Below are positions 40,922 through 53,321 of a stretch of 64,000 nt of DNA, in pieces. The notes beneath the pieces are model-generated. The model was not told the origin of the DNA, ran no database searches, and saw only the letters and a list, made by a program, of their open reading frames with translations. Every line of letters begins with the position of its first letter. The first letter of the stretch is position 1. The DNA comes from Octopus vulgaris (Eukaryota). Location: the NCBI GenBank assembly GCA_951406725.2, contig OX597834.1, positions 29,760,001 through 29,824,000 on the forward strand, given 5' to 3'. The position numbers were made by a program, and so were the translations under genes.

Positions 40922-43284
40922 CATATGTGTGTGTCCCCCTTTATCATCATTTAATGTTCCTGTTCCATGCTGGCATGGGTTATATTCATATGTGAACAGC
41001 CATATAACTATATATTATTCACACTCACACAAATATGCATAAGTATATATCTATAAATATTCATGTATGTATACATCAACACACACACACACACACACGC
41101 AAACATTCATATACACATGTATACAAGTATATACCTTCATATAACAGATGATATTGTTGTTGCTGTTGTTGTTGTTGTTTAATTATAATTACCCGTGTTG
41201 CTTTTTATCATTAACAGTGTTGTTTTTGTTGTTGTTGTTGTTGTTTTTATTGTTCCTCTTTCCAATCTTAGCTTTCTCTCTCGTTTGCATTTAAATTTAT
41301 ATATATATATATATTTACATTTGTTTGTTAGTTACCTTTAATTGCTTGTGTATATATTTGTTTGTTTGTTTGTGTGTTTGTTTATTAATGTAAAACCGAA
41401 AGCTTCTTCATGATAATTAATTCCATCCTGGTTAAGAGAGTAAAATTCATATGAGGAAATCTGTTGCCATTAAGTGGGAAACGGATAAAAGCCGAGGAAG
41501 AAGACGAAGACGATGGCGCAGTCACCGACCGAACGTCAGTGCATTAACACAGCAAGCAATCACACACCTGATTTCTCTTTTGTCTACGATACAGATGGAG
41601 GATGCTGTCATCATCACCAACCCCACCACACACACACACACACATATACCCTCAACCAACTCCCCCTCCCCCGCCCACTACCACCACCACCACCACCACA
41701 ACCACCCCATCATTGTGCCACCACTAGCATCTCTGCTGCTGCCTCTACTACAACTATGATCACACTGTCATTACTACTACTACAACTACTATGACTACTA
41801 CTACTATGACTACTACTACTGCCCCTACCACCCTTATCACTCACATAGCCATCACCATTACTACCACTACTACTACTACTACTACCAACAACACCATCAC
41901 ACCTACCACTACCACCGCTACAAGTAACACTATGACCACCACCACCACTATCACTATTAGTATCACCACTAGCACCAACATATATCAATATGACCACTAC
42001 CACTTCTGCTATGAACACTACTACAACCACTACTACACCCCTCTCCACCATAACCACCACCACCACCATCCCTACTAACACCACCGTCACCATCATCATA
42101 TAACTAAAACCAATGCCACTATCTCTGCGTTCTCTTCTTCTTCTTGGTGTTACTGCAGCTGCTGTTGTTGGTTCTATGCTGCAGCAGCAATGGTGCAATA
42201 TCCTGCATACCGTTGCATACACAACCACTGCATTCTATACAGCAACACAACAGTCCATCGCTTGCCCCCCCCCCTACACCCAGATGATCAGGGCATCACC
42301 ACCGCCTCCGCTGCCCGAGTCACACAGTCATATTCCACCAACACTGTGACACCACAGCACCATGTTGGAGGCACATCAGCTTCCTCCCCTCCATCATCAT
42401 CATCATCATCAACACTGTAACTACTGCCACCACCCTCATCATCTCTGTTGTAATCACCACCACTACCACAAACATTGTCATCATCATCATCATCATCACT
42501 ATCAAATGACTATCATCATCATCATCATCATCATCATCACTATCAAATGACTATCATCATCATCATCATCATCACTATCAAAATGACTATCATCATCATC
42601 ATCACTATTGTAACCACCACCACTACTACCACCCTACTTACCCCAATACTACCCCCACAACTACCACGACCATTATCACCACAACTATAAGGGCTACACT
42701 ATCACAACAACAACAACAACAACCACAACTAGAAGCACCACCACAGCAGCAACAACACCAACAACAATAACCACTGCTATTTCAACTCTTGCTGCTGGGC
42801 AAATGACTTCTACCAAAATCTCAGATGATCCCGAATGTTGTGAGTAAAATCAGTGGAGATTTGAACTCATAGCTGAGGATATGGTATAATGGATTGATTG
42901 ATTTGATTGAACTCCAAGTTGGTTTAGTACCCCTCACTGAAAGTGGAGTACTCCTTATTAATAAAAGTAGGGTACTCATTGTGGAAACTGATGGTTACTT
43001 CCATTTAATGGGTAATTTTATATGTGACAATAGGTTACTGTGTGTGTGTGTGAGAGAGAGAGAGATGCTGGTGTTGTTTTTATAGTGGTGGTGGTGGTGA
43101 TGTTATGTGTGTATGTGTGTGTGTATGAGAAAGAAAGAGAGAGAGAGTATATATGTGTGAGGAGGAGAGAGAAAATCTTGGTGGTGGTGGTGTTATGTAT
43201 GTAAGTATGTATTTGTGTGAGAGAGAGAATGATTCTGGTGATAGCAGTGGCTGTGGTGGCAGTGGTGGTGGTGGTGGTGGTGTA

Positions 43285-43324
<40 letters not shown>

Positions 43325-43422
43325 TATGTATATCATTGAGTAACTCTTCTGCCATAGGTTTTATTAAAATCAAACTAACACTAATTCAGCTGTGTTGCAA
43401 CAGACATACCTCTATATTGCAC

Positions 43423-43476
<54 letters not shown>

Positions 43477-44174
43477 ACTAAGCAGCTTTCACTTACTCCT
43501 ACTCAGTGGTACCTCATTATCATCATCATCATTTAATGTCCACTTTTCCATTCCTTCATGGCTCACATGAGATTTGTTGAGGTAGATTTTCTACAGCTGG
43601 ATGCCCTTCCTGTCATCAACCTTCACCTGTTTCCAAACAAGGCAATATTTCCCTATGGCCTGACATGTTTTCATGGAAGATTGGAAGTGAAAATAAACCA
43701 CTTGTATGATGGTGATGTTCATTTACAACCATTACATGATGTCAAGACAAAGGTTCACACAAAAACACACCTTCACACATGAGTTTCTATCAGTTTCTGT
43801 CTAACAAATCAACCCACAAGGCTTTGGTTAGAAGACACTTGCCTGAGGTGCCATGCAGTAGAACTGAACCCAAGACCACATGGTTGGGAAGCAAGCTTCT
43901 TAACCACATGTATGTATCATTATATGTATGTATGTTTATCACTGATGTGTTGTTAGGGTTCATCTCACTACTGACAGAAACAGCATGATCTTTATTGATT
44001 GTGGTGAGACTGTATAAAAAGACAGGTGTTTAAGACTCTCCAGTGTGTTTAGTTCAGTTCAGTTTCCTTTCTGAATGCAATGTGATGGTCAACAATATTT
44101 ACAGGTTTACCTCTATAGTCTTTAATAGTATTATATATGTATATGAATGTAATGTGTGTATGTTATATATATAT

Positions 44175-44331
44175 AGTGGCTGTGTGGTAAGTAGCTTGCT
44201 TACCAACCACATGGTTCCGGGTTCAGTCCCACTGCATGGCATCTTGGGCAAGTGTCTTCTGCTATAGCCTCAGGCTGACCAAAGCCTTGTGAGTGGATTT
44301 GGTAGACGGAAACTGAAAGAAGCCTGTCGTA

Positions 44332-44368
<37 letters not shown>

Positions 44369-44578
44369 ATGTGTGTGTATATGTTTGTCCCTCTAGCATT
44401 GCTTGACAACTGATGCTGATGTGTTTACGTCCCCGTCACTTGGCGGTTCAGCAAAAGAGAACGATAGAATAAGTACTGGGCTTACAAAGAATAAGTCCCG
44501 GGGTCGATTTGCTCGACTAAAGGTGGTGCTCCAGCATGGCCGCAGTCAAATGACTGAAACAAGTAAAAGAGTAAAAGA
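44175..44578 (+). mobile_element. SINE B, near full length, in TA context
   Basis: Matches family consensus. Confidence 0.92.
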
Positions 44579-45009
44579 TATATATATATATTTTAAATTT
44601 ACGGTAAAAATATTTCTTTACCTTCGCCTGTTTAATACAATAAATGAATTAATTGCATTCCAATTAAAAACATTTATGTATTAATGAATTTGGGTACTTT
44701 ACCAACAGTTTATTGAATAAATGATATCCCATTGTGGGTTACACCTATAGCCCCTATCTTACTTTGTGTAATCTTGCACTTGCAGGTGTGCAATTATAAC
44801 AGAACCCAAGTGAAGTGTTTGATTACTGTTAATGAGCAAATGTGTGTTCCATATGTATATGTGACTGTGTGTATAGGTTCACCTTGGGACCTCAAATGGA
44901 GGAACTCTGAAATGTTATATAAATTTTCACCGTACCTTTTACCAATTGTATCTGGAGATGTATGTATATATTCATATATGAATGTATGTGTGTTGAAAGA
45001 GAGTGACAG

Positions 45010-45077
<68 letters not shown>

Positions 45078-45079
<2 letters not shown>

Positions 45080-46260
45080 GAATACATAGAGAGGTAACTT
45101 TGCTGAAAGATTCTCATATGAGACATGATTAAATGCTTTCCCAATGTCCAGGAAAACAACATAGATTTTGTTTGGTGATGTTCTGAATAGCAGGAACCCA
45201 CTGGCGTGTGATTTATGGAAGCTGACGTAGCAAGACATGTGATGTAGGGAAGCAGATCACTTTTAAAGTTTTAGATGTGTCTTAAGAGAGATCTGGTTGT
45301 TATATCATACACATGTTATAGCGCCGGAATGGCTGTGTGGTAAGTAGCTTGCTTACCAATCACATAGTTCCGGGTTCAGTCCCACTGCATGGCACCTTGG
45401 GCAAGTGTCTTCTACTATAGCCTCAGGCTGACCAAAGGCTTGTCAGTGGATTTGGTAGACGGAAACTGAAAAGAAGCCCGTCGTATATATGTATATATAT
45501 GCATTGCGGTGGTGGGGTGGTGTTTAGTTAGCAGTGTGGTGTTGGTGTTGTGGTTGGTATGTGTATGTGTGTGTGTTTGTGTGTCTGTGTTTGTCCCCCT
45601 AGCATTGCTTGACAACCGATGCTGGTGTGTTTATGTCCCCGTCACTTAGCGGTTCAGCAAAAGAGACCGATAGAATAAGTACTGGGCTTACAAAGAATAA
45701 GTCCTGGGGGTCGATTTGCTCGATTAAAGGTGGTGCTCCAGCATGGCCACAGTCAAATGACTGGAACAAGTAAAAAAAGTAAAAGACAATGTCAAATTTG
45801 TTCTGGAGCCAGATGTGGGCCCTAAAATTGGATCGACAGAGAAGGCTGAAAAGAATAGAAATGAGATTGTTTGGAGGATGCTCAGGGCATTGCTGAGTGA
45901 GAGGGAGACAAACAGTGAATTGCAGGAGATGATGATGATAAGAACAGAGCCAGTAATGGATATCAAGAAAAGAAATGGAATGAAATGAAATGGCTGAGTC
46001 ATGTACTGAAGAAGGTTGAAAGTCAATGAGTGAAAAGAGTGATGGAAATGAAGGTAGCAAGGAGTAGAGGAAGAAGATTAAGAAAGGCATAGATAAAGAT
46101 GATGGAGGGAGAAGGTTGGCAGTGAGGTGTAAAAGATAGGGTACAATAAAAAAAAAAAGGTCCTTCATAGGAATTAGCAGGAGAAATGGCATTTAACTGC
46201 TTGTGTTGATATTATCAAGGATTATGTTAAGTCTACAAATGACTGTGGAATATTCAGCCA
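45078..46260 (-). pseudogene. Highly degraded LINE ORF2 (RT motif, possible APE remnant), interrupted by SINE B
   Basis: IYVVFLDIGKAFNHVSYENLSAKLPLY at 45078-45175; upstream extent uncertain. Confidence 0.55.
45320..45786 (+). mobile_element. SINE B carrying a ~60-bp foreign insert in its microsatellite
   Basis: Full family match; 45500-45560 matches 47434-47486. Confidence 0.9.
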
Positions 46261-46450
46261 CTTCCACTATAATTCAGTGAATAAGTAGTTCCATTAAATG
46301 AACAAGAAAACCCGTGATTGAAACCAATGCAAGACCCCTTTTTGTGAATCCCACAATGACACTTGGCAAAGCAGTTATTGTGAGGGCATTTATTTGTTAC
46401 CATGTATTTTGAGTTTCGTATGGATTGATTTTCAAATAAATTTTAGTACC

Positions 46451-46680
46451 TATTTCTTTACTACCCACAAGAGGCTAAACACAGAGAGGACAAACAAGGA
46501 CAGACAAAGGGATTAAGTCGATTGCATCGACCCCAGTGCGTAACTGGTACTTAATTTATCGACCCCGAAAGGATGAAAGGCAAAGTCGACCTCGGCGGAA
46601 TTTGAACTCGGAACGTAACGACAGACAAAATACGGCTACGCATTTCGCCCAGCGTGCTAACGGTTCTGCCAGCTTGCCGC
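46451..46680 (-). mobile_element. SINE A, full length
   Basis: Reverse complement of family consensus. Confidence 0.93.
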
Positions 46681-47819
46681 TTTTGTGTCAAAGGATTTGC
46701 TGAGTTGTAGGACACATAAATTCAAGAGAGATGAGGTTTAGGAGAGAAGCTTAAGAGTTCAGAGCAGACTGGTGTTTTGCACCATGCCCATAGCACAGAT
46801 ATTATTCTCTCTCTCTCTCACTCTTCTTTCAGATTTTTATACCTCAAAATTTGAGTTCCAGTACCAGCAATACACCAGGATTAATTCAATTCAAATGTTT
46901 ACAAATAAAGGAAAGCAATCTCCTCAATCATTTTTCAAAGAATTTACCAAAATTCAATTTTCTACCTTATCTTACCATACGTAGTGTTCAACAGTGATGT
47001 TGTGATATTAAACAGTGCCTTCATCACAAACCACTAATCAACAAAGCAAGCTAGCGAGCCAACAACCAATCAAACTAATAAAAGAAGAAATTCTCATCAA
47101 GGAAATACTAAACAGTCAGTACCGTTCCTGAAAACGATGTTTCTATTGAGAAGCAGCAACACCCGACACCTGACCACCAACACCAATTCCGATAGACAAG
47201 GTTAGTGTCAGGCGATGACAATGACAGACAACGGAAAATGTCAAATTACTGCTGATATAAAACTTCACTTCAGCAGAATCTATCTGTTTAGATTGTTTTT
47301 CAATCAAAATCCTCACCACAAGAGACCTTGCTGGTGGTGGTAGTGGTGGTGGTGACGGTGATATTGGTAGCGGTGGTGTTATTGGGGTTGTAGCGGTAGT
47401 TGTGTTGGTAGTGGTGGTAACGGCAGCAGTGGTTGCATTGTGGTGGTGGTTAGTTAGCAGTGTGGTGTTGGTGTTGCGGTTGGTATTGATGGGAGAGAGA
47501 GGGAAATAAAAATCACCTGGTCTACCAAATTCGGCAACTTCCAGCAGAGATCTGAGAAAAACCTCTAAGGGGGTTTTCATTTTGATAGAACCGTGTTGAG
47601 GAAATGGACAGCCATGTTGAAATGGCAGAATCATTTATTTATTTATAGAGATACGATTTAGTTGTAGAGAATTATTTATGTGAAATTACCACTGGTGAAG
47701 GGAATTCCTCTTAGAAATAACCAGCCTCAGAAATTTGTCCATTTTGGAAAACTTTTAATTAAGTTTAAAGGAAATAATGAAAAATACCTAATGTTGTTGT
47801 TGTTATTGCTGTTGTTGTT

Positions 47820-47873
<54 letters not shown>

Positions 47874-48829
47874 TAGCTTTTATTTCATTTCCCTTCGTAT
47901 TATCTCTTGAAACAAATTTACTTTTCCTCCATGACCCACCAGCACGACCACCACCACCACCACAAACGTCCCTAATGCCCCCTTGCCTGACTTATTTTAA
48001 TGTTGTTAGGGAGGAGGGGTATTGTTGTTGGGGGGGGAGGTGGGGGTTTGTTGTTTCTTTTCATTTTAAGTATTCTGTCAAAGAGAGAGAATAAAGCTGT
48101 GACTCTTGTTGAAGACGTGATAGTATTTATATTATTGGGATGATAATGATGATGACGATGGTAGCGGTGATGCTGACACTGATGATGACGACGATGACTT
48201 GTTGCAATTCTGGAAAAGAAAAAAAAATGGTATTTGTGGTTGTTGTTGCTGTTATTGTTTAGTTACTGATCAACTCTGACTGAGCAGCAAACACATGATC
48301 AAAAGCATTCCAGCTGTGACCACCACATCTTTTTGCTATAGAATCCAATAGGCATTATCTCACAAGTCTTTTTTCTTTTTGTTTGTTTGTTTATGTGCAA
48401 CCTTCAAATTGAGGATATGTGGCTGCTATTCCAAGCAGGATGAATGGCCACATTGTGGCTCCTTCACTATAGTTGTTTTTTGTTTCTGTTTAGCCCCAGG
48501 TCACCTATAAAATGATTCCCTGCATACTATAATCCCATATTCCTTTGATCAGTGGAGAAGAAACAGTAGTCTCAGGTGCAATCCCAGGTGTGCTTAACAA
48601 GGGTTGATTTATGCTAAAAGAAGCAAATTCAAAAATATATTTAGTTAAAAAAGACCTAGAAAGCATCAGAATAAAGCTGGAATGGCTAGAATCACTGAAG
48701 TTCAATGTTTGGTAAAGAAGTCCCAAATATTGATATGCTAACATTGATAGAATATTATTTCTAATTTAGGCGGCAGAACAATTTCGAAAAGTAAACATGG
48801 AATGCAAACAAGGAAAGAATAGTCTTGAG

Positions 48830-49320
48830 TTATTCCCTACTTGGCAAAATACTTTCCAATGCTACCCAAGAAAGTTTGCATAAAAAAAAAAAACTCATTA
48901 AAAACAATATGGAAATTGCAATAAAATATATGCAACAAAACAAAGACAAGAAAACCATGCAAAAGGAGAAGAGTCCTTGATTTAAATTCCAGAGATATTC
49001 ATCTCAAAACGAAGATCTAATTGCATTTGAAAACAATCTCTTTAACTTAATAATGAATACAGAATTTAATTTTAGAAAGAATAATTTATTACACAAGCTA
49101 AACTCAGGCTAAATAACAATTAAATCCTCCAAGAACTTCTTCATGTTTGAAGGCAAAACAAGGAATTTATAAGAGGCAGATAATGACACTTTTATATAAG
49201 GGAATAATAAACTTCTACAATGCAACCAACAACATATACAATAATATCAAAATGAAAGTACAACAGATAGCTGCAAAGCATAACATCCAAGTCAAATTTA
49301 AATGCTTCACCTCAAAAACA
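48830..49320 (+). pseudogene. Penelope-like element pre-RT N-terminal fragment
   Basis: QNEDLIAFENNLFNLIMNTEF...KLNSG*ITIKSSKNFFMFEGKTRNL resembles the PLE L..FE.DL..LI.NI.F...ADKT.N region. Confidence 0.55.
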
Positions 49321-49445
49321 TTTGTCACCACATTGGAGGAAAAATCTATCTTATATGTAGACTCATTAATTCTTCCCGAAGTAGTTCTGGCATAGTAAGT
49401 AAAATAGTCATAGAGTAATGGCTGAAACAAAGCAATCTGAATTTT

Positions 49446-49860
49446 GGATCTTTTCGGTTTGAACGGCAGTTTTTTCTAGCGGTGTCATATGAAATTGTCA
49501 CCCATAATTATGACCCTAGTATCGATCTATTGCATTTCAATCTGTTTTAGGGTTAAGGGTGGGGGGAAGGGTATCTTTTTTTCTTCAGAAATGTAAATAA
49601 ACCCAATCTGTTTCTTAAACGAGGGAAATATTCATACGGCACAGAATGTTTTTTTTACCTCAATGGATGTCATTGATTGGTTGAAATTGCAGAAATTGAA
49701 GGAAAAAAAACAACAAATATCTCACAAACTATAGAATTTTCTCAATAAAGCCAAGAGAAAAAGATGTTTTATAAACACATTCTGCCAGTATACGAAGTTT
49801 AAAAGTGTTTAGTTACGTGGAAATTATTTTAAAAAACTGCCGTTCAAACCGAAAGGTTCC
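49446..49860. mobile_element. GG-terminated MITE (Merlin-like), copy 2
   Basis: ~29-bp TIRs; perfect 8-bp TSD TGAATTTT (49438-49445, 49861-49868). Confidence 0.92.
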
Positions 49861-51706
49861 TGAATTTTTATCAATGGAATAAAATTGTAGAGTCATCATT
49901 TGGTTCACATATGGAAAGTTATATAAATTGATGGTTGAACATTTAATTCTTCCATAAGCTAGGATCAACAAGGAGATAGCCAATATGAAGAAGAAATCAA
50001 GTGCTTATTAGAATTATTGAGTATTTGGAAGATAAAGTTTATATGGTATAACACAGTGTACAACATTGGTGTAAAAACTGGTTGTGAAAAATATTTCTCA
50101 ATTGGTCTTTAACTACAGATTTCGGTCAAACTAAATGATTTGACCTAGATTTCTGCCCCACTGACTTTCGATGATCATAACTTTCAGAAAAATGGATATT
50201 TTTTAATGAAATTTTATACGAATATGTGTCATGTAGATTCCGAATATACAAAATTTGGTGGGGGGAGTGTTTTAGGAGGAGGTGAGGTGGGGAATTTTGG
50301 AAAATTCACTGGAGTCCCCTTCAATTCCTCATAACTTTCAAGAAAATAGATATTTTTTATTGAAATTTTCTACAAGTATACCTCAGATTATGTAGATTCT
50401 GAGGAAATAGAAATTTGTTGGAGGGTGGGACATTCAGAGGCTATTTTTGAGAACTGTTCTCCACCTGGGAACAAATCGTCCATATTTGTTTCATTTTATC
50501 TGTTTTGTGCGTTTGTGCATCCATATATTTCTACTCAAGCAGCTGGCAATGAAGTTGTCACCAGAAAACTCGTATTGCTAAAAATAACAGCTAAACGTCT
50601 AAACGTTTCTAACAGAAGGGCATTGAATGGAATAATTCCCCGTTTCAACTTTTTTTAATCACATATGTGTTTGTGAGTGTGTGAGAGGACACTGAGAATA
50701 AGTATGCCACCCCTTTGTCCTTTTTTTTTCTCTCTCTCCGTTTTGACAAGGATTTTTCAAATTTCATTTTACACTCAGGTCTTCCAGCTGATGTGGGTCG
50801 TGGGGGACATTTTAGGAAAAAAATTTTTTTTTAAATTTATGATTTTTTTTTCACCTCATCCCCATGCACTTAAAAACCATGAGAGAAGCTTTTTCGGTAC
50901 TCCTTTATATCACACACCTTTTCTTACGAAAAATTATTTTTTAACCGTAAAAGGCTTCTCCCATCGTTTTTAAGTGCTTACGACAGGAAAAAAAGAAAAA
51001 AATTGGCCAAAATTTCTTCAGTCTGGATTAGGGGTAAAGAGGAGAAAGGAGGGAGGGGAAAAAAGTTAGACCCTGGTGAAAAAGGAATTCGAGAAATCAC
51101 CGTCAAAACGGAGATTTCGGATCCAAAAACTCTGCCAATACTGAAATTAGTCATTACTCATTTTGCCCCTATTTAGACATAATTTTCTGAAAATGAAAAA
51201 TTATCAAATTAGACATTAATGTGCAAAAATATAACAATTGACATGGAATGCAACAGAGAAAAGGATAGAAATTGTTAAACAGCAAAAATTTGAATCATTT
51301 TTGATTTGCAACTTCAATTACAATCGAGTCGAACGAAGTTGAGGAAAAATGTCTTGAAAGAAAAGTAACACTCTCCATAGTAATTTCAAATGTTTGAGCA
51401 ATTGGAATTGTACAAAATGACGAAAAATATAGACGGAAGAAAGAAAGCAAAAAGTTTCGATTTTATGAAAAACATTGCAAGATATGTGCATTTATAACTA
51501 AAGCTAAATTCAAAATTTACATTCAAGAATATTTCTTACTTACTTGTTCGTTCGTTCGTGAAGACCAGTTTTCGCTGCATCAGAGAAATAATAAAGTCTA
51601 CAAGGGTCAATATATGTGGGTGTGTTTGGCCCTTTAATTCCAGGATCAAGGGTCAAATTATGCATTGTTAAAACAAAATTGGGTTCCTTTCTGTTAAACT
51701 ATTTCT

Positions 51707-53321
51707 TCAAGCTACAAAATGAAAATCTAATAATATTTGCGAAAAAGGGAAAAAAATATTTAGTGTATGTTGTATTCTGATCTTATAAAATGTGTATTGT
51801 TCTGCAATTTGAACAAGATGTTCAAATTTTCTCCTGGGGTACCTCTTCCACCACATAAACTCGATTAAATTTTGAGGGAACAACTTGGAAAAGGTACCAG
51901 AAGTTTGTCGATATTTGCACTTAGCATACACGCCCACATGGTTTCCACATGGTTTGTGTGGACACCTTTGGTTTCATCTGAAGAGCAAGATGGGGTTGGG
52001 GAGGAAGACCCCTGCCACCGAGTGAATACGAAAAACGATGGAAGGATGTGATGAGAAAGGTGGGTGTGAGAAACCCAGCTTAATCATCGAAGAAAGGAAA
52101 AATTAGTTGTTGGGCCTTCTGGGCTACCGGGTTCAAATTTTGAACCTGCAATTTTTTCCCTTTTTTCCCCCTTTTTACCATGTTATGTTCTCTAGTTTTA
52201 TTTTTAAAAAATACAAAAGTTCTCGTTGTAAAGGCAAAAGTAAACCAATTATTCGTTTAAAGGCAAAAGCAAGCCAAGGTTTCGTTTATTTCATATTATA
52301 ATTAAATTTTTAAAAGTCTCATTCGAACTCTTGTAACATTTTTGTATTTGTCTGTCTTGTTATGTCCTTTTCTATGTTAGATCTCATGATCATAATAAAG
52401 ATTTGCGAAATGCGTTGCCGTATTTCGTCTGCCGTTACATTCTGAGTTCAAATTCCGCCGAGGTCGACTTTGCCTTTCATCCTTTGGGGGTCGATAAATT
52501 AAGTACCAGTTACGCACTGGGGTCGATGTAATCGACTTAATCCGTTTGTCTGTCCTTGTTTGTACCCTCTGTGTATAGCCCCTTATGGGCAGTAACGAAA
52601 TGAATAAAGATTTTACCTTCGGTTTCATCAACAAATGATATAGAATGGAAACCTAGATTTTGCAAAATACGGTACACCGCCCATTCGTCGGTAAAAATTA
52701 TATTACATGGATGGACATGTTGCTGGCTAATGGATTCCAAAGGATCCATGGACCGGCTATTATCCGGCCACTCTGGAAGGAAGCAGTTCATGGGATTGTC
52801 CAATGAAATCCCACCCAACACTCGAATGCCGTCGTAGTGCGCGCCCCGCCGGTTTTTTTCCGGTGCAGAAATTACGATCCGTAAATGGCGACCAGGACAC
52901 CAGTACCGCCAATCGTTACCGGATTGTTAATAATGTTTTCTGCTAAAACGTCTCGGCAGAAATTAGCCAAATACCACCACAGTGGACCAACTTGCAATAT
53001 TAAGTTCACGCATCATTGATTTTACTGGTTCCTCAATGGACCCCCAATACAGAATCTGCAGTATTATACCTAAAGAGAGGTGGCCATTAGAGAAAAACGA
53101 TCTGTTTCTAATGGAGTAGCTCTTCCGACATCGCCGAGAGCAGTGCACTTCCAAGTATATCCATCTCGATGCTGCGATGATTTAACTAAGGAAAAATTGC
53201 GGCCACATTCACAGACATGAGCTTGAGCTAAAAGCCCATATATTTTTCACCAGTCAATTAGCCCGCCATGGTCAGTGCATATTCGAATAATGTCTGATAA
53301 GTGAAATGGAGGATGGTGCAT
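51707..53321 (-). pseudogene. Merlin / IS1595 (ISXO2-like) DDE transposase pseudogene
   Basis: ATG 53321; CECG...DGYTWKC...CRKSYSIRNRSFF, ANFCRDV...IGGTGVLVAIYGS* (VEIDES site mutated), VLGGI, IIFTDEWAVY, FVDETEG / [21 protein letters not shown]; stops, frameshifts and an insertion. Confidence 0.9.
52404..52600 (+). mobile_element. SINE A, 5'-truncated, inside the transposase insertion
   Basis: Family match; flanked by AATAA(A)GATTT. Confidence 0.9.

Noticed and set aside
42944-42980. Short hairpin GAGTACTC...GGGTACTC as pre-miRNA
   Set aside because: Too short and imperfect; no match to miRNA families I recognise
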